Shown: positions 1 through 10,135 of the stretch, piece by piece
Layout of the letters: the number at the start of each line of letters is the position of its first letter
How positions within the stretch are numbered: position 1 is the first letter of the stretch
Assembly: GCA_964035545.1 (NCBI GenBank)
Contig: OZ037766.1
Coordinates: forward strand, 13,196,722-13,260,721
Length of the DNA stretch: 64,000 nt
Source of the DNA: Bugula neritina
Lineage: Eukaryota > Animalia > Bryozoa
Direction: 5' to 3'
The notes under the pieces: generated by a model
What the model was told of the DNA's origin: nothing
What the model saw: only the letters and a program-made list of their open reading frames with translations
Database searches by the model: none
Position numbers and translations under genes: made by a program

Positions 1-660
1 AGGTATTATCCAACCGTATTTTGAAAACACGTCTATTACCGTTAGTAAATATTTATAACCGTTATTAAATTTAGAGAATTCGGTCATATCAACCAAGTCA
101 GCCGCCCAAATATTATCAATACCCGATACCCAAACTCGTCTTTTACGAAATTTTTTTTGTAGCGGTTTATGTAGTTCTTCGGCTAACTCGTTCGTCCATC
201 CCCATCCTAAGCGTTTTTTCGCACCTATTATTGCCGAGGCGAAACGACTGTGTCGCTGTTCGGAGGGCGTAGGATTAGGTATAGCTTTCAGTTCGTCTAG
301 CATATTTTTATCACATATTTCGTTTCTAGTTTTAGTATCTTTATTAAGCGCGTAACATACGTCGTGTCTCATGGCTATAGCGTCATCTCGATCTACCGGT
401 TTACTCCATTCTTTAGGAGTCATGTCGTCATTTAAACGCTTATTTAATTTAGTACCGGGTCCTAAAAAATTATGGCCTGGATAATGCAATTCGAAGGGTA
501 AATTATTTATTAAATTATTAGCTAAACCCGACCCAACGAATGTAGTCTTTTTACATCCGCATTGACCGCAATTACCGTAACCCATTAGTCTATTATTTTT
601 ACTTACTCTCTTTTCGTAATTGAGAGTTTTCGTTTTAGTTTTACACTTACAACAATACAT
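1..660 (-). CDS. Zn-ribbon + parvovirus-type phospholipase A2 + retroviral-type (rve) integrase fusion protein, 3'-truncated by window edge
   Basis: Manual translation from ATG at 660 is open to base 1. MYCCKCKTKT...CGQCGCKK (Zn ribbon); LPFELHYPGHNFLGPGT...DAIAMRHDVCY...CDKNM (PLA2 Ca loop and HD dyad); WTNELAEELHKP...IWAADLVDM...YKYLLTVIDVFSKYGWIIP (Polinton integrase N-core). Confidence 0.92.
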   Translation of the reverse strand, partial: MYCCKCKTKTKTLNYEKRVSKNNRLMGYGNCGQCGCKKTTFVGSGLANNLINNLPFELHYPGHNFLGPGTKLNKRLNDDMTPKEWSKPVDRDDAIAMRHDVCYALNKDTKTRNEICDKNMLDELKAIPNPTPSEQRHSRFASAIIGAKKRLGWGWTNELAEELHKPLQKKFRKRRVWVSGIDNIWAADLVDMTEFSKFNNGYKYLLTVIDVFSKYGWIIP

Positions 661-675
661 TTATTATAATAAATG
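658..675. promoter_or_regulatory. 18-bp perfect palindrome CATTTATTATAATAAATG containing both divergent start codons; putative bidirectional TAAATG-type initiator
   Basis: Integrase-fusion ATG (660, -) and ATPase ATG (673, +) are 12 bp apart and both are preceded by ATAA. Function inferred. Confidence 0.55.
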
Positions 676-1431
676 GAAATAGAAAATCTTTCGTGGAAAA
701 ACGAAATTAATCGTAATAATAATCCTTTACTTCCTAAAAGCATAAGAGGTCTTATCGTTGGAAAGTCTGGATGCGGTAAAACTACGTTACTTTGTAACTT
801 ACTATTACAACCTAATTGGCTCGATTACGATAAACTTATGATTTACGGTAAAAGTCTTTCTCAACCCGAATATATAAATATGAGGAAGGCTTTCGAACGT
901 AAATTAACTAAAGAAGAAATTTTAAATTTTTTTAAAAATAGTGACGCGATAATAAATTCGGGTATAAACGTAAATCGTGTTTTAAAAAATAGTAGGGGTA
1001 ACGGTAATATAGACGCTGAATTTATTGAATCTAGTGACGACGTTTATGATCCTAGCGAATTAGACGCTAGTAATAAAAATTTAATAATATTCGATGATTT
1101 AATGTTGGAAAAACAAAAAACTTGCGAAAGTTATTACGTAAGAGGACGACACAATAACGTCGATTGTTTTTATTTGTCGCAAAATTATTTTAAGCTGCCT
1201 AGAAATACTATTCGGGAAAACGCTAATTTTATTTGCTTATTTCCTCAAGACGGAAAAAATTTAAATCATATATATCAAGATCACGTAACCGGAGATTTAA
1301 CGTTAAGCGAATTTAAAAACTTTTGTTATAAAGGATGGCAAAAACCTCACGGCTTTATTACTTTAGATCTTTCTTCCTCAAAAAATAATGGAAGGTATAG
1401 ACACGGGTTAGACGAATTTTATATACCGTAA
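673..1431 (+). CDS. A32-like (FtsK-HerA) genome-packaging ATPase of Polinton/adintovirus
   Basis: Walker A GKSGCGKT, Walker B IIFDD, RGRH motif, LSQNY and IRENAN; 252 aa, intact. Confidence 0.93.
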   Translation: MEIENLSWKNEINRNNNPLLPKSIRGLIVGKSGCGKTTLLCNLLLQPNWLDYDKLMIYGKSLSQPEYINMRKAFERKLTKEEILNFFKNSDAIINSGINVNRVLKNSRGNGNIDAEFIESSDDVYDPSELDASNKNLIIFDDLMLEKQKTCESYYVRGRHNNVDCFYLSQNYFKLPRNTIRENANFICLFPQDGKNLNHIYQDHVTGDLTLSEFKNFCYKGWQKPHGFITLDLSSSKNNGRYRHGLDEFYIP

Positions 1432-1434
1432 TAA

Positions 1435-1879
1435 ATGAGTGTTTATAAATTTGGTGAAAGCTAAAAAAGAAAATTATATCGAAAGAGTCGTAACTAAAAA
1501 TAATGACGTTTTTATACAATCTTTTAGTACAACGATTAATATAGGAATGTTATTAGGATATATAGTAGATAAACCGATAGAACTGAAATACGCTTTATTA
1601 GAATTTCAACATCTTCCAGCTAATAATGATAATCCTTTATATTGGAAAGATAAAAATTTAACTTTAATCATCGGTGATGTTAATAACCCTCTCGAACACA
1701 ATACTAATTCAAGGAGGCGTTGCGCGAGTAAAAATACCTATGTTGAGAGCGATAAAAATATTGGATTAGTATTACACTGCTTAAACAATTATACTAGTCG
1801 TAAACCCGATGACATTACGGTTAATGACAACGCGCCTATAGCTTTACCGTTTGACGTTAAAACTTTACTACAATTATAA
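1435..1879 (+). CDS. Polinton ORF of unknown function, probably frameshifted near its start (MSVYKFG then +1 into KAKKENYIERV...)
   Basis: ATG at 1435 reads MSVYKFGES* (stop 1462-1464). The long frame (track 1439..1879) is +1 relative to it. The first nucleotides match the start of the next gene. Confidence 0.6.
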
Positions 1880-2656
1880 ATGAGTGTTTATAAATTCGGA
1901 GGAAGCGAAAAAACAAAAATAGATACAAAAAAATTCGTTTTAATAAACGGTAGTAGTACTCTTACGGGTACGTTAGATATGGGTGAAAATAAAATATCTA
2001 GAGTTATTAATCCGGTTGACGATCAAGACGTAGCCACAAAAAAATACGTTGACGATACGAGTATGCCTAAAATACAAAACCCTATTAATCAATTAACTAT
2101 ATCAACCGACGATGGACGCGTTATAGATAGCGATTTAAAAGTTGATGATGTCGTTACGAAAACTAATATATCTAATTACGCCGTACCCCTTATACGAAAC
2201 CCGAGTGAAAAATTAACCGTATCAACTAATACGGGTAATATTGTAGATAGTAGCTTAAGCGTTAGCGATGTCGTTACGACCAGTAATATAAATAATTTCG
2301 CTATAAATAAAATACAACCCGCGAATGAAAAATTAACCGTTTCAACTACTTTGGGTAATGTTATAGATAGTAGTTTAAGCGTTAGCGATGTTATTACGAC
2401 TAGTAATATAAATAATTTCGCTATACCTAAACCGCAATCATCAACGGGAAGTAAATTATTAGTATTTTCGAGTGATGGTAATATTATAGAAACCGGTATA
2501 AGCATTGCGGATATTATTACTACTTATAATATAAATAATTACGCTATTCCTAAATTACAAGGAGCGGTTGGTAATAAATTAGTTTTATCAACGAATGATG
2601 GAGGTATAACCGAATCTACTGAATCTTTACCAACATTTCCAAGTTATAACGTTTAA
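1880..2656 (+). CDS. Putative virion fibre protein with five ~40-aa shaft repeats
   Basis: LDMGENKISRVINPVDDQDVATKKYVD fibre/adhesin-type motif, then repeats of PKxxxxxxKLTVSTxxGNxxDSxLSVSDVxTTSNINNxAI. Confidence 0.65.
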   Translation: MSVYKFGGSEKTKIDTKKFVLINGSSTLTGTLDMGENKISRVINPVDDQDVATKKYVDDTSMPKIQNPINQLTISTDDGRVIDSDLKVDDVVTKTNISNYAVPLIRNPSEKLTVSTNTGNIVDSSLSVSDVVTTSNINNFAINKIQPANEKLTVSTTLGNVIDSSLSVSDVITTSNINNFAIPKPQSSTGSKLLVFSSDGNIIETGISIADIITTYNINNYAIPKLQGAVGNKLVLSTNDGGITESTESLPTFPSYNV

Positions 2657-2688
2657 ACACTAAATTATTATATTCTTAGCGTATAATA

Positions 2689-3133
2689 ATTTATTATCTT
2701 ACTAATAGTATCGTATTGTGAGCTAGGACCATCCACCCTAAAAAAATTTTTTTAAATAAAATTTATAATATTACACTACTTTTTTATAATATTACACTAC
2801 TTTTTATAATATTACTAATAGAGTAGTAGGAGGTGGATGCGTCCTGACACTGGCGAGTCGAAAACTCAACGGTGGTAATAGGAGTAAGTAAATTACTATT
2901 TATTATCTTACTAATAGTATCGTATTGTGAGTCAGGACCATCCACCCTAAAAAAATTTTTTAAATAAAATTTATAATATTACACTACTTTTTTATAATAT
3001 TACACTATTTTTTATAATATTACTAATAGAGTAGTAGGAGGTGGATGCGTCCTGGATCGCTCTTCTGACACTGTCGAGTCGAAGACTCGACGGTGGAAGA
3101 AGAGTGAGCCAGGACCATCCACCTCCTACTACT
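2689..3133. repeat. Polinton terminal region: two ~209-bp tandem units (2689-2897, 2898-3133) with internal ~21-bp TTTATAATATTACACTAC subrepeats
   Basis: ATTTATTATCTTACTAATAGTATCGTATTGTGAG starts at 2689 and 2898; AGTAGTAGGAGGTGGATGCGTCCTG at 2822 and 3030. Confidence 0.9.
3030..3133. repeat. 104-nt terminal hairpin (~50-bp stem, C-GAA-G loop) running from AGTAGT to ACTACT
   Basis: Arm 3030-3080 versus reverse complement of 3084-3133: 5 substitutions (two are G-T wobble pairs on the + strand) and a 1-nt bulge. Confidence 0.95.
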
Positions 3134-5459
3134 ATCAGGTTTTATGGAGCTAAGATCAAATTTTCAGTTGCATCCACTATAACAATTATTTACATTTGTG
3201 AGCAAAAGGAATAATATGACTGCGGCATATATTTACTGTAGACAACATGGTTTCCAGAGGTGGTCAATAAATTGACATGAGTAGGCGAATAGCAGACACA
3301 CTAAATACACTGTGGTTTAGTTGCAGATTGCTTAGTCACCACGCTTTCCTCTACCAGGGTGGCATTTTCTAATTTTTCTGGATTAGGAATGTCTATTACG
3401 TAAATTGGGTGTGTTTGCATAAATGTAACATTTGTTTTACATTAATTTTATTTTTCAACGCCGTAACTGGTTCCTTAATAAAATTATTAAAGAATTGTGA
3501 GTCATATAGTTGATAAAAGTCTTGTAAGCAGCCGTGAAGGTGTTATACGCTATTGTTTGTAACTAAAAAAGTAACCATGAACTATATGTCAAAAGCTATC
3601 TGTCATGAAGACTTGTTGCATACTTTAACACTCTATAAAATCTAAAATATGTAAAAACACATTTTATTATAATAGATGTTCATACTGTGTGTTTGTTATA
3701 AAAGCCTTAACCCCATTTAGTTGAAAAACCTCCGAAGATCGTCAACTATAATCTTTGAAGATCAAAGCTAATATAGTAAAATACAATAACTGACAAAAAG
3801 ATAGAAAAGTTATTAATCATATATGAAAGCAGTGAAATGTCAACATTAAATGGTTGACTAGCTACGCTGATTATACATCCACAGCAACAATTAATATAAG
3901 ATATTGCTGCTGTGGAATTTTATAATTATACAGTATATATACAAAACAAATAAGACATTTATAGGCTCATGCAATAGTTCTGTAATAAGCAGAAAACCTG
4001 GCAGTCATCTAAATGCTTGTTAAGGGATGATTCTACTGGGTGTAGAAAATGTGCTTTACTCATGGAGTGTGCTAGAAGCAATAAAAACTGCCAAAAAAGA
4101 AAAAATGCCTAAATTTCTGTATAAAAAAAACAAAGGTAAAAAATAAAAACTTTAAGACTTTACAAAAATATGAATTAAACATGCAAATCAAGAAGAGGGG
4201 AAAAATAGCTGAGAGCGTTTTGAAAATCTTGTGGCTTGAAAAATATTTCGATTATTTGATTCATTTGATTAAATATTATAGAATATCTAGGAAAAGTGTA
4301 AACTGAAGCATATAATTGAATGATTATGTGACATGATTGTCTTGTAGTAATCTATTTTTTACATGTAGAAACTGCATGGCTAACCTGTGCTTCCAGTTGC
4401 ATTACTTTGGGTTACCACGTATGTAACTATTATGTAATCTGCTTTTATTGTGTGGCTTATGTGTAGGGACAATATGTTAATATTTCAATGAATAGTTAAT
4501 AATTTTTTCTCCAAACTAGTGTGATTAGAACTTTTTGCAATGATTGATTACCACATTGGAGTTATCCAATTTTGGAAAAATAATTTCTCTATAGGAGATG
4601 GTTTTAACTCAGTTTTGAAATAAGTTATATTTTTTGTACATTTCTATAAAACAACACAGTTGTTTTGCAAAAATTATTTTACAATTGCTTTCTCTTAAAA
4701 TAAAATTTTATTCAAAAAATACTTTTGACAAAATTTTAGTGTTAATAAGACTTGTTTTAAATAACATGCATTTTGCGGTAACAGTAACTGCTTATTCCCC
4801 AATATAAATAATTGTGTTATACATTACTAAGTACTATAGAACCAATTACCATAATATTCTGATGTCATACAATAAAGGAAATATAAAAGAAAAATCATGT
4901 ATCCAAATATATTTGGTTTTATAATAGAAACAAGTATTTTTATTAAACTGAAAAGAGGCCGTAAACAGTAGGTGTAAACACTAAAAAGTTATGTGAACTC
5001 TCTAAAGAGTGAGATTTGCGTTCTGTGCTGTTTTATAATTTACCAGTTAGTTAATTAGAATACTATTTAATGGTATTTTACATTTTTCAGAAAAATTACA
5101 TATTCAGCAATAAAATTGTTTTCAACGTTTTTTAATAATGATAGCACCAAGGGTTGATCAGGGCAAAAATAAAAATAAATTGAAAGTAATGTAAACTTTC
5201 CCAGAATTACATGTATTTTATATTGCAAGGATTGGTATTAAAATATTATATATTTACTGGTATTTTAAATGTTTTAGTCAAATAATTATTTGAAATTATT
5301 TAAAAAAAAACCTTATTGATAAATAATAGTAACATCTAGATACAAAAAATAAGTTATTGTAGAATAAAATTGAACTAGTGACTTCCCACCTACATGGTAT
5401 ATACAATACATGCATGCTGTTGATAACTATCTCGCAGAGCATTAAATGTGAGTCTACCA

Positions 5460-8400
5460 TTATTGTCTGGTGGTAACTAAACCAGGCTCTTCCTCCAGAA
5501 TTAGATTGTGATTAATTGGAGACTGGGAGACTAACTTCAATCCTTCTAGTTGAGGCTCTATAGAATCAATTATTTCCGTTGCAGTGGGCCTTAGCTTTCT
5601 CTCCTTCACCGGTTCTGGATTCTTAGGCAAGAGCTCTTGAGAAGGTTTACATTCAGAGTTTTCCCAAAGAATGGGAAGACGACTCATTTCCTCTTTATTT
5701 AGTGGAATGAAAATTTGTTTAGCGACTTCTTCAGGCAATGGCACTAAGTTGAATACTTCACTGGACCATTTCAACTGAAAATAACAAAGTGGACACTATT
5801 GTAGAATTTAAGTAAATTGAATAAATTGCAACAATATAATGTAGTATTAGGTTGTCTTTTTGTGCATCAATTTTTTTTAGGTTGTGAACTTCTTCCAAAT
5901 TATTATTTAGTAAAATTTCAATGATGATGGAGGCAAAGAGGGACAATTCTCACCTTGTCATTTACATAGTGTTTGATATAATTATGGTTAGTAGAGCTAG
6001 TCCATTGTGGAAACTTGGCATTTGACCAATCATCATATCTAACAATGAGAGACTCATGTAACTCAGTTTGATCAACATACACCCCCTGACTGTAGTACTC
6101 AATGTAAGGATGTAGGAATGATGCACAGCGGTTACTAGAGAAGTCAGGGGCATGCACATTGTCTACAGGCTTATTGGTTTGACCAAACCTACAACAAGAC
6201 AGACAAGCTGCAGTTTGACAACATAATTATTTGTAGACAAGCGATTTTATAAACTTGCATTTAATTTTTTTGGATGGTATATATTCAAAGTGTGAAAGCT
6301 AAAAGCAGTTTTTTGTTTTATACTATAAAATATCAGAATTCACTCGAACAGCTTTATGAGATACTACAAAATATTTAGTTTCTGAATTAAGTACTAACTT
6401 GTCAAAACCATAAGATAGATGTATGACAAAAGCATGTGGAGCACTTTTAAACTCAGGTCTCTCCATGACATGTTTGATTGGCAGATCAGTGTAATATTTG
6501 GTAGCATTTCTATCATCACATATCATGACATCACAGAGGAACCCATTCATCTGATACAGAGAGTCACTGATGGTGCTTCTTTCTACAAATATTGAGCAAA
6601 CCAAATATTCAATCAATATATGATAATATAGTCAGCATATTTACCTGATAACCAATTGATTAGTATGGTAAAGCTGAAGTTGGTTAGGAATTGTGTCACA
6701 TATCCAAACTCTGAGTTGCTTAAGGAAACAAACAATTAATAATTTGTATTTGTTATCTAATTTGAGAACAAAAATATCTTCTAAATGCTGTATATTGCAA
6801 AAAACTTGCTCAAAGTGACAGAACCTAATTCATTACAGGAACTAGCAAATCTGGTGTATAGAATGCAAATGCTATAAAACACAAACCAATAATCTTTGTA
6901 GAGATAGCTGTTAGATCTTTTCTTGGTAAAGTGAGATGAGGCAGAGGTTTCTTAAATAGCCTGTGTTCCAGGATGTGAAACAGAGTTCTGATGTTGTATC
7001 TGAAACCGTGGACGAACCCAGAAGCTGACTGTCTGTCAATTGCTGCCATAGCTGATCCAATATAGAACAGGTTTTCAGTATCAGTCTCCCAACAGTTGCT
7101 CAATTTGGGGTATCTTCCGCCTTTTACCAGTTCTACACAACATAAGACTCGGGTTAATGTTTTATATATTATACTATGCAGACTATTTGCAGATGTTTAG
7201 TGCAAAGTGATTTAGTTCACAGCCTACAAGCAGATGTTCCATGAAACACAACAATAATTTGTTCAAATGTAAAGATACCATAAATACTATAGCCTAGATT
7301 AAACAGGTATATTTATATGATGATATGAGATGCCATCAACTGCATATTAACACATCTACACTATATCTATTTATAGCTTCTAATGTGTATTTCACTGCAA
7401 ACCCACCCACTTTGATAGACTCATCAAACACCTGAGTGTTGACATAATTCCAGCCCATGCAGCTGATCACATGATCATACTCCATATCAAAGTACAACCA
7501 TCCTGGTACTTCCCAGTGTGTGTTCAGGTCTCTGAAAGTCACCACCAGCTTTCCTGCTTCATTCTTCACAATCTTAACAACTTGACTTCCAATAGTTGAA
7601 TGCAGAGACTTGAGGTGATACATGTCAATAATATTGTTATTGATTGCTCTTAGGTCACCTGCAAAAATATAAAGTACTCATTTTTGGAACTCTTCCTAAT
7701 ATCATTCCATTTGAATTAACATGATAATCCAAAAAGCATGTGTTAGTGATTTCATTGAACAACCATTTCAAAATTGCAGGTTTCCTTCAGACTATATTTC
7801 GCTACCAAGCAAAAACAATAATGACTGATTAATCACTCTTCCAGACATTGTCAACATGTGTCTATTATAGACTTCAAGTTAACAAAGCTAGCTTATACCT
7901 AGCAAGTGTACTATCCAAAACACCACAACTGTTTATTTAAAATGCTAAAGATGCCTACAAAAACTTTGAGAAGCAAATGAATGCAATATTATTATGATTG
8001 GAAGCATGAACATCTTAAAAGTGAGAAACACCACTTATATAGGCCAGCTAAAATATAAGTTAGTAGTTCACAGCTCAAGTTTATGAAGTCTATAAGGTTC
8101 ATAAGTTAATATTTTTTGAATATTTTTAAACTAAAAGCTTTAGCCAGTGATTGTGACAGTCGCTTATGTTTTTGAAATCAATAATTCATTATGTGCATCT
8201 GTATTAACATGAACCATTAATTTAAGACTGTGCTCTTAAAAAGTACGGATAATTATATTGATAAACAGTTTATTTACATACCAACATAGTGAGTATCCCA
8301 GGCAAATTGAATCCTCTTATTGAATACCACATGAACAATACCAGCTGAGCCAGAGAAATAATCTGCTGTTTCAAATGCAGAGTTACCTCCCCCAATAATC

Positions 8401-10135
8401 AGAATCCTTTTATTTTTGTAGAGGTCTTTGTTCATATCATGTTTACTGTAAGTGTCAGCCAGTTTCAGACCTGCAAATATATATAGTAATATAGCTAAGT
8501 AGTAGTTTCTCTTTAGAATTGACTCTTTTTGTTATTATAATAATTATTTACCAATTCATATTAAATAAATTACATGTAGTTGCATTGTCTTTTCGTTTTC
8601 TTTCCTGATAGTTGGTAGCTTTTAGACAATATAAATATAATAAAAGTAATGATATCTAAGTCTGTAGCAGACTGATATACTTGAGCTCAACTTGTGCAAG
8701 ACTTACTAATCGTCATGCCTTACAATAATATAGACTACATGTAGAAACTAAACGGTCATCAAAACATACTCAGCTGGATTATCTTCTATTAACTACCATT
8801 CCATGGTGACAGTCATATCGTTTAGTCAACTTATTTGTTGCAATAATGAAATGAAATCTTATTTTGTCAACAACCTACATAGAATTATGATGAAAAGCAG
8901 CTGCTATATTAGCTGTAGATGTTGGAAGAGGATAACGGTTTTTAAAGGATAAAAAAGGTTTATTTTTTGTGATTTTTTAAGTTAATATGAAATATTAGGC
9001 TCTTAAACAGTTCTAGAGACCTAAACAATTGACTTGTTCAAAGAGTGACCTTTAACTTCTATAATAATTATATCAGTTTAGGCCACTCATATAAGCAAAT
9101 TTATAAGAATACTAGGTTAAAAGATGAATACTCTATAGAGCAGCAATTGCTTGCTTTATTTCATTTACCTGATTGAGGTAACTTAGATAAAATTTAACAG
9201 ACTATTTTAGCATTTATTGGATTTTAATGCACAAAATAAAAAGAAGAGAATTATGCTAATAGGTAATTCATGTGGTTTCTTTATGATGTAAATGGAGTCT
9301 AGATAAATCAATCATTCTTGTCTACTTCTATATCAGATCTTGCACATATTTTCATTTGTTATTAAGTGGAAGGCAGTAATATTATATGTGAATATTAGGA
9401 AGCTTTTAACTTTATATTTATTCTATTTGAAAATATGACAATGTCCGACTTTTTAAACTATTTCTTTCAAACTTTAAATCAATTCTAAATATGCTCCAAG
9501 CAAACTTTTTTACATTGGTACAACTTTCATAGGTCTGCCTAGCTTTCTAACTTTGTATCTATCAGAGCTATTATTTAGTGGTTGAAAGGACACCCAACAA
9601 AACAGAGTGAATCAAATAAGATGCACATACCTGGAATCTGTTCAACAGGAACATTTTCAGTGACAGCCCCAGTTGCCATTAACACACAGGTTGAAGTACA
9701 TGATGTAGTTCTTCCTTCTCTATCTTCTGTGTACACAGTGAATGTTGAATTGGCTTTACTGATCTTTTCAACTTTAGTGTTGTACTTGATATTGAGGTGA
9801 AATCTGTTAGCATAGTCATTCAAATACTGGTGGAGGTGTATAGCCTGAGGGTACAGGTCATCAGAATACTTGGTGAACTTCATTTCTTTGTCCTCCGAAA
9901 GCAAAGAGTTCCAGTCGTGTCTCATGTTGAACTCTTCTTCTTTAAAGAAGTTGTTCTTCTTGTTGAGAGAAATGAGCCGACCACACCTCGGATGCTGTTG
10001 GAAAAACTTGGCAGCTTTATCTTCTGATTCGTAGACAATGTACCTTTGACCTGCTTGCTGTAGAAAGTAAGCCATTTGCAGACCAGCTGGCCCAGCTCCC
10101 ACTATCACATAGTCATAGTCCACTGAATTCTGCAT
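5460..10135 (-). CDS. FOXRED2: FOXRED2-like FAD/NAD(P)H-dependent oxidoreductase, copy 1 (7 coding exons, ~641 aa)
   Basis: Exons 10135-9631, 8470-8282, 7658-7407, 7132-6887, 6582-6399, 6188-5954 and 5774-5460 are GT-AG and in phase (1926 nt). Motifs VIVGAGPAGLQMAYFL, FNMRHDWNSLL, GGGNSAFE, HYVGDLRAINN, SASGFVHGFRY and FLHP. Confidence 0.88.

Larger units (their letters stand above)
1..3133. mobile_element. Terminal portion of an endogenous Polinton/Maverick (adintovirus-like) element; the rest lies left of the window
   Basis: Intronless, tightly packed genes: rve-type integrase, parvovirus-like PLA2, A32/FtsK ATPase and a fibre-like ORF. Ends in ACTACT at 3128-3133, the complement of the Polinton 5'-AGTAGT terminus. 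CpG-rich versus CpG-poor host flank. Predicted 6-bp TSD is ATCAGG (3134-3139); the partner end is not visible. Confidence 0.93.

Noticed and set aside
2176-2505. Antisense ORF within the fibre gene, and antisense or overlapping ORFs within the transposase and FOXRED2 exons
   Set aside because: Shadow frames of real coding sequence with no independent motifs.
2745-3016. Poxvirus early terminator TTTTTNT motifs in the terminal repeats
   Set aside because: Expected by chance in such AT-rich DNA; not used as evidence.
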